From Lama guanicoe (lineage: Eukaryota): a stretch of DNA of 64,000 nt. A model generated the notes under the pieces. The model was given only the letters and a program-made list of their open reading frames with translations, ran no database searches and was not told the origin of the DNA. Both the position numbers and the translations under genes were made by a program. Of this stretch, positions 47,647 through 60,126 are shown one piece after another; position 1 is the stretch's first letter, and every line of letters begins with the position of its first letter. The stretch covers positions 18,742,819-18,806,818 of the forward strand of contig MU054323.1 of assembly GCA_013239625.1 (NCBI GenBank), in the 5' to 3' direction.

Positions 47647-48841
47647 ACTTAAGAGTAGTTACAGTACAGACACTACTGTGCAGAGTAGTGTCCATTATGT
47701 ATAACCCACACAGAATCTTATAATCACACTTAATTTTCACCCATGTTAAAATGTTTCTTTCTGTTATTATACTGTAAAGTAACCCCCAGTGTGAGTAGCT
47801 GGTGTGACATGGTAAATCTTCAGTAATTAATTAATTAATTCAAAAATAGTTACTTAGCACCTGTGAATTCCATACTCTTGCTGGGGGTTTGGAATATAGG
47901 GGTAAAAAAGACAGCTGTGCCTACAAAAGCACCCTCATTCTAGCAAAGAAGATAAAACCTAGGTACAATATGTGATTTGAGTGGAAGAAATTTAAAATGA
48001 TCCCTAGTAAGTCATCATTTCCAAAATGATACATCAGCAGTTTAGGCTGAAGTATTTTGCTGGATATTCAGCAAAAAAAAGGCTTACATTTGGCAAGAAT
48101 TAGAATAATGTTGGTGAAGGTGACAGACCTTGAATTAGGCTTCAAAGAGTGGGTGAGGTATGGTTTGGTAGAAAATGGAAAATCTAGATTCAGGGAACAA
48201 AACTAATAAAATGATGGAAATGAGAATGAGTATGACAGGGAAGAGGAACAGGAAAATCAGTGCTGCATGGAGAGGGGGTGAAGGAAAGAAAAACAAGATA
48301 TAAAAAATGATTGGGGCTTGGACAAAGTAGGCATTTTCCCTTGCCTTGAATGGAAACCTATTGTAATACTGTTCATAGAAGATTGCTGAGAAGATTATAA
48401 TGTGGAAATTTTCATGGACCATTGCCTTGAATAAACCCTTGATGGAAAAATCTCACGCCAAAGGCAATATACTCTAAAACAAGTAAATATCTTTCAGGGC
48501 TCCTTGAGAACAGCATGAGGCAGCTCCATATTTATCCCAACTCCTTTGGTTTTATATTATTTTACAGAAGATAACCCAGAGGTAGATTAATCTTCAGCAG
48601 CATCAACTCTCTAGAGGACAATCTGTCACCTTACACCAAATATGAAGTACTGTACCAACAATTTCTGAAAAACAGTTCTTAAATTTTAAATAGATCTGAT
48701 CCTAGGATTTTATGAGAAGAAAATAACCAGAGAGATTTACACTTCAGTAAGTACAGGAATATACTGCATTTATCACAATAACAAATTTGAGAACCTTAGT
48801 GTCCAGCATTTAGTTATTAATTAAATATATTTTTGTCCACT

Positions 48842-49273
48842 TGTTACGGAAATGACAGGCCAGCCAAGAAACAAGCACCACTCGGAGGGTTGGAGTACTC
48901 AGATTTATTACGTTGGCGGGCTCAGAGGGGCTTCTGCTCCAAAGCTCTGAGCACCTCCAAGACGTGTGCATGAGGTTTTATAGGGTTAATTACAAGCTTG
49001 GGGTATTTGGCCAATAGGCATGGAACAGCTTTAGCAACATCATTATCACAAAAGTAGAGGCAGGGAGGCAGGAAACCAACATTTCAAGGCCAGATATGTC
49101 TCTTTGAAAATCCAGCTGGCTACAAAAAAAAACATGAACAGGGAATCAGCAAACCAACAATAATTAACTCAGATTTACAAGTTAGCCCAGCAGAACTCAG
49201 ATCAGTAATCCGACACTTGTTACACTTAGATTTGTGAGTTAGCTTGTTAGCCCAGCTGGGCTTTTCCTTCACA
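48842..49273 (-). mobile_element. ERV1-class solo LTR, 432 bp, well preserved
   Basis: TG...CA termini, exact 4-bp TSD CACT (48838-48841 / 49274-49277), minus-strand TATAAAA (48976-48982) followed by AATAAA (48904-48909), and retained CpGs. Confidence 0.88.
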
Positions 49274-49359
49274 CACTAATACCATGTACTACTATGAAAA
49301 CAAACATCAACTTTTCAAAGCTTATTGGATTATACTGGAAAATACTCATGATGAAATTC

Positions 49360-50270
49360 TTTAATTTTTATTGAAATACAGACATAAAAATTTGCATAAA
49401 TCCTAAGGACACAACTGGATGAATTGTTTACATTATAATCCCACATAACCAGTACTCATATCAACCAATAAAACAATACCAGCTCACCAGCAGTCCAGCT
49501 AATGCTCCCTTTACCCCCACTTCTAACAGCAAAAATTAGTTCGTCTTCTTTTTTTCAATTTTTCTAACTGAAATCGTAGAATGTATTCTTTTGTGTCTGA
49601 CTTTTTGCTCAATAACGTATGTGGCAGATTTAATCCATGCTGTTGCATGTGGTTTAATTTCTTATCATTGGCATACAGTCTTCCATTATATGAATGTACA
49701 AAACTTTATTTACCCACTTTACTGTCGAAGGACATATGGGATGTTTTCAGTTTGAACTATTATGAATAGTGCTTTTAGGAACATCTCTTTTATAATTTTC
49801 ATGAACTATGCACAATTCCATTGGAAATATGAGTAGAAATGAAATGACTAGATCATAGGACATGAATAGGTTGAACTTTCATATCTATTGACAGACAGTT
49901 TTTCAAAATGATTGTATCAGTGTTATTCTTACCAGCAATTCATGAGCCATTGGTTGCTCCACTTCCTTGATCTCCATTTGGTCCTATCTAAAATTTTCAT
50001 GTAAGCAATTTTGATGGATAGGAACTAGTATTGCATGTTGATTTTACTTTGAATTTCCCCTAATGTCTAATGAATTTGATCCCTTTTTGATAACTTTATT
50101 AGTCATTATGAAATCAGCCATGTGAAATTTCTGTTCAAGTCCTTTGTCCATGTTTTATTTGTCTCTGCTTTTTTCTTACTGATTTATATATTCTGAATAT
50201 TAACCTTTTGTTGGGTTTATGCATTATACTTTTTTCTCCTAGAGCTTGTTTTTCACTTGGATGATATTTT
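49360..50270 (-). mobile_element. Old L1 (L1MB/ME-like) 3' region
   Basis: TTTTATTGAAATACAGAC, TATTCTTTTGTGTCTGACTTTTTGCTCAA, TTCCATTATATGAATGTACAAAACTTTATTTACCCA, CTGTTCAAGTCCTTTGTCCATGTTTT. Confidence 0.8.
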
Positions 50271-50464
50271 GCATGAATTACACAGATTTAGATAATTGAA
50301 AGTACAAGCCTCTTCAGGGCTTACTCAGCTGAGGGTTTAATAAAAGTAAAAGCTATGACTGAATAGGAAAAAGGAAGCATCGGCAAGCACTGGCACCCCA
50401 GGAGACTTCCAGATGTAGCTCCTCATGGTCCTTTCTGAGTCACACAGGATAGTGTGTCTTCAGA

Positions 50465-51320
50465 TCATGTGCCAGGTTCTATACTCAGAGCTATGATTAC
50501 AGTAACGATTAAAACACACAGATTCCTTACCTTCGTGGAGCTTATTTATATTTCAGTTGGTGAGAGAGAAGCAAATGACTAAACAAATAAACATACAAAC
50601 TATCAAATAGTGATAGGTACAGTGGGCAAAAATAGTATACACTTGTATGAATAGGGCATGTCTGCTATGGTAGGAAGTGGGGGAAGAAATAGTTTCCTTG
50701 ATAACATGATGTTGAATAGAGACCTTAAGAAAATGGCAAAACCAGCGATGCAACTATATGTGGGAAGGCATTTCCAGGCCGACTAAATGGAAAGTGAAAG
50801 TATGCATGAGTTAAGTATGAACTTTTTGAAGACAAGCAAGTATGGTTGAAATAGAACGAGTTGGGTATAGTGAGGAGACTCATAGAGGTAAGTTTGGAGA
50901 AACGGCAAAATCTGGTAAGAACTACTAATTATGGCAATAGCTTACTGAGATGGAAAAAAAAGATCATTGTAGTATATTAAACAAAAGAGTAACATGATCA
51001 GACACATGCTTGGAAAGATGACTCTAGCTGCTGTTTTGAGAATGAATTTTAGGAAGGCATTGGGGGAAGCAAGGTGTTTGCTCAGGACGCTACAGTGGTA
51101 ATCCAGGAGAGACAGCATGGTGCTTTAGAAAAGAGACACATGGTACAGATATATTTTGAAGATAGAACATTTATGGTTTGATGATGAATTAGAATCATGT
51201 AAGGGAGTAGTCAGTAATGTCTTCTTAGCTCATGTTCTATCCCACTGGTTTCTGAAAGAATGGAGTTATCATTTTCTGAAATGGAAAAGATTGTGGAATG
51301 AATTTTAGGAAGATGGGCTG
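50465..51320 (-). mobile_element. LINE-2 3' region
   Basis: ATGTGCCAGGTTCTATACTCAGAGC...CCTTCGTGGAGCTTAT, GGAAGGCATTTCCAGGC, AAAGATGACTCTAGCTGCTGTTTTGAGAATG, GTAATCCAGGAGAGA. Confidence 0.8.
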
Positions 51321-52289
51321 GTTGGTGGACACGCATTAAAGGGTAAGAGAAGTCCCACCACTTCAGTTTGCCAGGTAGGCTATACATCTGAAAGTGTTAA
51401 AGGTGACCTAGAATATCCTTATAACAACCAAAGTTCAGAAAGTTTCCAGGGAGTAATTGATAATTAAAGAGTTTAGCATTAATTAGAACGGTTGTATTTT
51501 CTAGTTTTTTTCTTTAGATTTTCCTCTCTTTTATAGAAAGTTCCTGAGGTACATTTAAAAATTATTCTGAAATAATCAACTTTTTTTTTCTCTTTGGAAT
51601 GCATTTGCTTTGGCTTGTATCCATTTTAATGCCTTCCACATTTCTGATTGATAGATGGAAATTTTTTCACCTGTCATGTCTTATAATTTATAATAATTAA
51701 TATTTCATAAAAACACAGGTGCGCCTTCCTGTTTTGTTTCTTACCTTTTATGTGTGTAATATTTTATTTATAGAGCTGTTCAAGTTTTGCTCTATTTAGA
51801 ACTTGGAAGAAAGCATATTTAAAGGATGATATAATTGATAAATGTGCTAATGGTTCTGATCTCTAAAACTTTTAACACGTATCTGGTGGAAATGTAGTCA
51901 CTCATCCACAGGGTGTTAACTACCATTCACTTGGTGAATGGTTACTCCTAATTGTAGGCCGAATACCAGAAAGGAAGTAAGTGGATAAAGTTGTAATTAT
52001 AACAAGACAGTAATTCAAAAGTGATTCCATTGTCTCCAGTTGCCAGAAGAGTTGCTGACTGACTAAAATAAGTCTATCCTATGTAATTCATTTTAGTATT
52101 TCTCATAGTTATGGTACACTTTAAAAGATACAGCATTCCCTAAACTTCATTGATTATATGCTTATATAATCTCAATGAAATTTAGGGAATCAAATCAAAA
52201 AGTGGAATATATCTAGTTTACAGGACAATTCCAGTAACTAAAAACTTAAGGTCATATCTGCAGAGACAACAAACTTTCATTTCTTTTTC

Positions 52290-52525
52290 CTTTGCATTTG
52301 TTTATCTACCCATGCAGCCATGCATTTCATAGCATTTAATGGGAATCCCATGTATGCCAGGCACTGTCCTGGGTCTTGAGAGTACCACCAGTAATGGAAC
52401 AGACAAATATTCATCCCTGCATGGAGCTTACATTCTGGGGTATGGGGTATAGAATTAAAATGGTCAAGTAAACAAGTTAAAATACAATATGTCGTACATG
52501 AGAAGTGCAATGTCAAGGGAAGGGA
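52290..52525 (-). mobile_element. LINE-2 3' end
   Basis: GCATTTAATGGGAATCCCATGTATGCCAGGCACTGTCCTGGGTCTTGAG...CCCTGCATGGAGCTTACATTCTGG. Confidence 0.8.
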
Positions 52526-53424
52526 AGTAGGAATTGCCATAATTGGACATAGTGGATATTCTCTCCAATTTGTTTAGAGAAAAATGAATACAGATTCCTG
52601 AGAATGAACGATTACTTGAGGTTAGTCCTGATGGTCTCAGGTGAAAGAACGGAGGCAAGGCTATGAGTGCTGTGGGAAAGGAAACATCTTGGCAGGAAAT
52701 GGCAGAACTCCGAGGTCCCCTCTTCTCTCTTGCCAGAGATACAGAGGCTCGAAAGGTGTTCTACTCACATCTTGCAGTTTCTCAGCCTGTGCATCCATTT
52801 TTCTTACTACATTCCCTAATGACAAAGGTATGCTAGCTTTTTTTTTTAATCATTTTACGTGTGGGAACAAATTTATTCAAAGAAAATTATTATTGCATCC
52901 TAGACATACCACATATGGCAAAACAGCCAGAGAAAATTCAAATACTTATTCCACACTCTCTTTCTTGAAGCTAAGCAGAGGAAAAAAAAAAGTTTCAGCC
53001 AGTATTTAATGTTGCCTGAGTAGACAAAGCATCTCAAGCACAATTTATCTTTATTAAATTGTACTTGTTCGCATGGTGTTGTCATATGCCGTTCAATGTC
53101 TGATAATTCATTTCCCTTATCATTTTTTTCCATTTATCTCATCTACTTCAGTTTGCTTAGTACAGGAATCAATTTCTATTTCAGGATAGCTTCGTGTACT
53201 TTTAGGAAGTATAAATGACAAAGTTTCTTTGGTTTTACATTTAAAAGTCATTTGGTTAAGTAAAAAGAAAATTGTATGTTTTTAAAGCCACTTTTTATGC
53301 TGGAAGTATTTCATTTCAGAGAGGAGAGGTGTGCAGTGGCCCTTTACTCCATATTTGTGCAACTGGACTTCTTGTACAGGATTGATTCAAATTCTATCTT
53401 CTATTTTTTAGGTTGAAAGGGCAC

Positions 53425-53439
53425 CCACTAGATGGCAAC
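53425..53439 (+). promoter_or_regulatory. CTCF core motif
   Basis: CCACTAGATGGCAAC matches CCASYAGRKGGCRSY at 14 of 15 positions, in apparently non-repeat sequence. Confidence 0.55.
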
Positions 53440-53929
53440 ACTTATTGGATTTAATTCCTCCCCTCCCCCAAGTCAGGGTTTCAAATCCCCAGCTAATGTT
53501 CTGTGTTCATGAAACAGACTGGAGAATGTTCAGGATGAGTTTTATCAGGTCAGCCAAGATAGTTATAAAAGAAACCTTGAATTACAAGATTATAGAATGT
53601 CAAAATTAGAATTTACGAAAGTCAAATCTGCTGTCAGTTGACACGTTCTTCCTCTGCTTCTCCTGAATGATGATCATCTGCAACCGGCTTGAATTCTCAT
53701 GTGCAGAAAGATCAAAAATTTTAGGTCATTTTTCTGTATGAATAGCTCGAAGTATTGGAAAGTACATCTTTCATTGCCATGGAATTTGTATCACTGTCAC
53801 CTTGTAATTTTGTATCTAACTTCTAGTCCTTAAATGATATAGGACAACTATGCTTTTGTCACATTTTAGGATCTGAAATGACCACTGCCTTGTCTACATG
53901 GTCCCTATTGTAACACTCATATGAAAGGG

Positions 53930-55490
53930 CATTTAATGTTTCTACAGTGAGCATACACACAACCACCACACAGGTCAAGAAATTAAATTCTGTCAGTACC
54001 CAGAAGACATGTATGTGTTCCTTCCAGTAACACTCCATCCCTCTTCTGTAGAGGTGGTTACTATCCTGGATGTGTATGTATGAAGTTTCTTTCTTTTTTC
54101 TTTCTTTAATTGAGGTATAGTTGATTTACCATATTATATTAGTTTCATGTGTATAACATCATGAATCAAAAATTTTATACGGTACACTCCATTTATACTA
54201 TCATAAAATATTGGCTATATTCCTCGTGGTGTACAATATATCCTTGTAGCTTATTTATTTTATACATAGTAATTTATGCCTCTTAATTCCCTGCCCCTAT
54301 TTTTGTCCCTTGCTCCTTCCTTCTCCCTGCTGGTAATCACTAGTTTGTTCCCTATGACTGTGAGTCTGTTTCTGTTTCTGTTATATTCAATCATTTTATT
54401 TATTAATTTAAATGGAGGTATAGTATATTTACAATACTATGTTAGTTTCAGGTGTACAACATAGTGATTCATATTTTTATAGATTATACTGCATTTAAAG
54501 TTATTACTAAAGAATGGCTATATTTCCCTGTGCTGTATAAAATATCCTTGTTGATTATTTAATTTATACATAGTAGTTTGTGTTTCTTAATTTCATACCC
54601 CAATCTCACCTCCCCTTCCTTCTTATCCTCACTGGTAAACACTAGTTTCTTCTCAGTATCTGTGAGTTGGTATCTGTGTTTTTTAATATACATTCATCTG
54701 TTATATTTTTAGTTTCCACATACAAGTGATAACATAGATTATTTGTCTTTCTCTGACTTATTTCACTGAGCATAAAGCATAATCCCCTCCAGGTCCATCC
54801 ATGTTGTTGAAAATGCAAAACTTTATTCTGTTTTATAGCTGGTTAGTATTCCTTTGTATGTGTGTGTGTTTCTTTGTCCATTTACCCGTTGATGGATATT
54901 TAGTGTAAAAAAATTGTATGTTCACGTTTTGTCTACCTTGAACTTTATTTAAATGAACTAATACTATTTGTATTATTTTGTGTCTTGCTTTTTGTACTTA
55001 ACTTTACAATTGTTAAGACTTGAGTTGCATTTGTTCTCTTTTGGTGCTTTAGAGTATGCTTTTGTACAAATACACCACAATTTATTTGGCATTTTTCCTA
55101 CATCCAGTGAAAGTCATGATAATGTGTGTCCTGAATATGTGAGTGTATTTGTTTCCATAGACTATATGTCCAAAGGTGAAATTTTTCCATTATAGGATAC
55201 ATGCATCTTTTTTTACTAGAATTTTACTAGAAACTAAAAAATTTTCTCTAAAGTAATTATTCCAGTCTGTCCTCCAATCAGCAGTGCACAGAATTTCACT
55301 TTGCTCCATGTCCTCCCAAAACTTGTACTATCAGATTTAAAATTTTTGCCCAATATGGTGAATTTGATTATGATTTTCATGTCTCTGGTGATTATCGAGG
55401 TTGAGCCTATTTTTCTATGTTTATTGATGGTTTGAATTTTCTTTTTTTTTGTAATATTCCTTATTTTTGTTCTACATGACTGCATTTTAA
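53930..55490 (-). mobile_element. Old L1ME-like element split by two head-to-tail younger L1 3' ends (about 54100-54400 and 54405-54905)
   Basis: The same antisense L1 3'UTR start occurs twice (TTGAGGTATAGTTGATTTACCATATT... and GGAGGTATAGTATATTTACAATACT...). Old L1 motifs lie on both sides (CACAGGTCAAGAAATTAAA; CCAATCAGCAGTGCACAGAATTTC). Confidence 0.8.
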
Positions 55491-57231
55491 AATTAGGACA
55501 AATCCCATGTTCTGCTTTGTCTTCTATTCTTTACTGTTTGTTAAAGTATATAGATTCTTGAATTACTTTTTCTATATGTACTTTAGGTTGGCCCTTTCTT
55601 AATAATAATACAACATGAAAATGAAACTTAGTATTCTTTAAGTGATCTGAACAATGCAGAATAAATCATAGCTCTAGTTTCCTTAATCTGAAGACTATAC
55701 TTAGGATTACATTAGCAATTTTAGCTGCTTTGTTGGCAAGTCATAATTTATCCTGCAGTATTGAAAGCCTCTGTTCTATTGAGCTCAGTGGCATCTCTGT
55801 AGACTGATCTGAACAGGTAGGTTAATTTCTTCTATTCACCAAGGTCAGTTAATAGTTGTTACGTATTGAGCACAATTCCCTTTTTCTTTTATTGGAGAAA
55901 TATTAGGGTGAGTATTTTTCTTCCTTTGTCAAGGAGTCAGGTAGGAGCAACAACTTTCTTGTGCATAAAAGTTGAGCAAATTATAATAGGAAGGTAAGAT
56001 TTTTATTGGGTGATGTTTCATATGCCAAAAATACCAGTATTTTATACAGAAATGATTATACTGAATAAGGACATAGTCTTTTGGTTTTCACTGAATATGT
56101 AACAATAACATTGAGTAAACATGTTTCATGGGATAGAATTCTAAGCAACCTAATTTTCAGTTCTCATTCTTGCTTCAAGTTTATTCTCTAGGGTTAATGT
56201 TTCTCCTGTCTCACCCTCCAGATGGAATTTAGTAAAGTCCCATGGTTTTTGCATTATTTTTAGGATTTAAAAGCAGTTTATATAATTAACATGCCCATTA
56301 ATATTATAATAAAATTTTAACCTTGTTGGTTCCAGCTTCATGTACATCCCAACCTGATTCTCTCACCAGTGGGAGTGGAATGCAGTGGTAGATTCTCTCT
56401 TTCCCCACTTTGTGATTTGAATCTTTTCTAGCTTCTTCCCCATAGGGGTTTCTGGCCCTTCTAGGGTCAAAAAGTGAGAGAAGAGAAGAGAAGAAAATGG
56501 GCAGGATGAGTTCTTACTTGGCTCGTATTATTGTGAACGATTGTAATGCCTCTGAGCTTTGAAAATATTTCAAACTGAGACAATCTTGTGCACCACTTTC
56601 GGATGTTCTTAGAGGAGTTCTCTATTGCCTGACATCCCTCCCCTGCGATTCCCGTGATGCAGATGATAAGCGCCCCACTGACTGGCTGCTTGATAGTGCA
56701 CATCCAAGCACCCATCTCTCTGTTGGGTCTCAGTTGACCCTCTTGAGCAAAATTCCTTTCAGGGGTTTCCAGCTGGATTTATCTTTTATGATCTACCTCT
56801 AGAATTCTCATCTTCAGTTCTCTTTCATCAGGACTGCAGGTGCCAAACTGGTATCTCCCTCTGAGATGGAAATATACCTCAGACAACCTCTTAACCTTTA
56901 AGCTTCCAAGGCATAAATTAGACCACTGCATGTGTCACTCAAACTCTCCAAGTGCCCTGCAGAATCCTTTTCCCCTGGTCTTGAAGTGGAGTAGACATCC
57001 TTCCCTTTTTCCATTTGCAGTGGGACTCACAGCACACCAGCGCTCTCTGTCCAGAAATTCTTTGTTAATTATTAGACTTCTAACTTTTTTATACACTTAA
57101 TACGGAGGAAGAAAGATTCTGCTTTGGAATGTAGTATATAATATATAGTATTTTAGAATTTAAATCAAAAATAAGGCTCAAATTGTGTTATTTAAACAGA
57201 AATAAAAGCACATTGTATACTTTGTTCTTTT

Positions 57232-58315
57232 TACCCAACTAAAATTTGCTGAGTGTCTTTTATGTCAGGCACTGTTTTAGGAGCTGGGATCACACCTGGA
57301 AATAAAATGAAAAAAATCCTTCTCATTATAGAGCTTGTATGCTAGTTTGGGTAGAGAAATAACAAGATAAACAAGTAATGGACATAGCATGCTAGATGAT
57401 GTTAAAAGCTAAGACAAGAAAACATTCATAAGAAAAATAAGGAAGGGGAAAAAGTCAGTGAAGTTATTATTATTTTGGATAGAGTGCCCAGGGAAGAACT
57501 CACAAAAGGCTGATGTTTGAACAAAGACCTGCAGAAGGTGAAGTAACCCATGCAGTTGCTATGTGAAGGGGATTCCAGGTAAAGTGGTCATATTAGACAA
57601 GTGCCCTGAAATGGGACCACATTTGGTTGGCATGAGGAACTCGGGGAGGCTGCAGTGTTTGGAAGAGAGTGATCCAAGGGGAAAGCAGAAGGAGATGTGG
57701 CTGTTGAGGAAACAGTGGAAGGGTCTAGATTGTTTAGGGCCTGCCAACCATTGAGAAAACACTGGCTTTTGCTCCAAGTACAACTTGGAATCATGTGAGC
57801 GTTTTGAGCAGAAGAAAGACATCACCTAAGTTTATTTTCATAGGATTTTTTTTTGTACTTCCATGTACATAGTGGAGTATGGGGTAGGGAGAGTGGCAGA
57901 AGCCAGAGCTTATTTAGGGGGCTACTGTGATTATCCAGGCAAGAAACGATGGTGCCTTGAAGAGGATGATAGCGAGGAGTTGGGGGGAGTGGTAAGAGGT
58001 AGATAGAATTTAGATGTATTTTAAGAAGAGCTGACAGGAATTCATGACGAAATTGGATAAGGTTTTGAAAAATAGAGGTGAGCTAAGGATGAATACAGGT
58101 TTTTGGTCTGAGAAATTGAAAGGGAAGCCTTGTCATTTGCTGAGATAAATAAGTACATTTGAAGGGGGAAACTAGGGGTTTAGTTTTGGATATGTTAAGT
58201 TTGAGATGTTATTAACACTTAGATGGAAACATCAAGGAATCATTTGGTTACAAAGTCTGAGCTTCAGGGGAGACTTCCAGGCTGGAGATACAAATGGTAA
58301 CCCTATTAGAGTAGA
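57232..58315 (-). mobile_element. LINE-2 3' region (about 1.1 kb)
   Basis: GCTGAGTGTCTTTTATGTCAGGCACTGTTTTAGGAGCTGGG, GATGTTTGAACAAAGACCTG, GGCTACTGTGATTATCCAGGCAAGAAACGATGG, TTTGGATATGTTAAGTTTGAGATG, GGCTGGAGATACAAAT. Confidence 0.85.
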
Positions 58316-58864
58316 CTAGCTTGGAGGCAGATGGTAACTCATGACTATCTCCTGTAGGGAGGTACTGAATCCTAAAATATAAAAATACCTTAGAATTACT
58401 AGGAGCTGGGACTGAAATCTTCCACTCAGTTGGCACTCATTTAATTTCTGTCATTGAGGATGATAAGGAGAGCTGTGCTTCAGCCTTCCAGTCCTTAGCT
58501 TTCAGAAAGTCCCTGAGCTGAGTATGAAAGTCAAGTTGAACGGAGGTGTGGGAGATAACGAGGAAGAGACTGCTGTGGCCCACTCAGCCGTGACCATGGA
58601 GTGGTGGGGGGCATTGCTCTTAACCTGGCGACCTAGGAGATTTTGTGGAGCTCACCGCTGCTGAGTGTCTTTCCAAGGTGGACAGTGTTGTTTACTTTCT
58701 GTAAATGATCAGTGAACAAATATGCTTTCTAGTGAGGTCCTCAAGGCAGATACTTACTTCTGCCACTTTTGTTTCTGACTCAAACTCCTTTCTTCCTGGG
58801 CCTCAGCCATTAGCTTCATTGGCCTTAGAAGTTGCTTTGAGACGTCCATAGACTTAACCACGCA

Positions 58865-59030
58865 GCAGGGCGACCGGAGCCAAGCTGCTGTGCACACCAG
58901 CTCGCCCTGCTGCTTACGGGTGGTGTGCATTTCCATAGGTCGGTCATTCTCTGTGGGCCACAGTTTATCTGCACAATGGAGCTCATCATAGTAACCATCT
59001 CATACGCTTGTTGTGAAGACTGCTTTAGGT
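58865..59030 (+). mobile_element. MIR SINE (diverged)
   Basis: GGAGCCAAGCTGC...CTCTGTGGGCCACAGTTTATCTGCACAATGG...ATAGTAACCATCTCATACGCTTGTTGTGAAGA. Confidence 0.65.
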
Positions 59031-59934
59031 AACCCACAGAAAACTGTAGCCTGGAACAGAGTAATTCGGAAAGAAATGTTGGCCTCTCCCTGCCTGCTAC
59101 TTGAAGAACATCATTATTCAGCAGATTATCATGGAAGGAATAAAGAGGAAAGTCCTCTCAACTGCATCCCATTTGGTTCTTCCTTGAAGACCTTAAAGAA
59201 GGACTTACTCAAAGGACCATGTATGATCCTCTCATGGTGCTCGTCAAGGAAATTCCTAGTTGACCATGACCCTCACTTTGGAATTGGCTTATGGGAATAA
59301 AGATGTTGTAGGACACTTCTTTATTGTGTCACATCCCTACAAGTCTCAAAGCCCTTCTAGACCCTGTTATGCTATCCCTTCAAAGTAGTTTTGGATGAAA
59401 GGAGAGACACAGGAAAAATACATAAGGTTGGAGCCTGAGGACAGTGGAAAGTTCCCAGGTGGCTGCTCCTGCTCTACTCCCAAGCTAGTTTGCACTCTCC
59501 TGCTTTCTGGAGTCATGGGCATTGGCCAGGATAAAGGCTAATGTGGGTCAAAGGGAAGTGCCACTAGGAAACAAACAGTAAAACTCAGTATCTCATACCT
59601 GAAGTTGTGGGTTCAGTTTGCTTATTGTTTACCTTTGAAACTCAGTTCAGATACGGCATTTCTGGCAAGGATTGTCATAAGCTATGTTTTCTTTGAATAA
59701 AAAAAAATTCAATCACTGTATTGCTTTGATTTAGATGCCCTATTTTTAAATTATTCTCTAATTTCTTTAGTTCATTTGGAGTATGGATTTGATAGATTAT
59801 ACATTAAGAATCATCCTGAAGAGAAGTTGCCCTTATAAAATATTTTTATTTATCAGATTGCTTAGTTGTTATAACTGTAGGAAGTTTATATCTGGCAGTA
59901 ATGAAAAACAGACCAAATTTACTCTATCCCTTTT

Positions 59935-60126
59935 TAAAATTCAAGTCTAGTTGACATTTCAGATGTGCAGCATAGTGATTCAACATTCATATACATTACA
60001 AATTGATCACCACGATAAGTCTAGCCACCATGCAACACCGTACAAAGTAATGACCATGCTATTGCCTCTGTTCCCCATGCTGTACATTACACCTCCATGA
60101 CCTATTTATTTTATAGCTGAAAGTTT
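59935..60126 (-). mobile_element. Short 5'-truncated L1 3' end with degenerate TSD
   Basis: TTTCAGATGTGCAGCATAGTGATTCAACATT...ATCACCACGATAAGTCTAG...TTCCCCATGCTGTACATTAC. TSD-like ACTCTATCCCTTTT (59921-59934) / ACTACATCCCTTTT (60127-60140). Confidence 0.82.
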
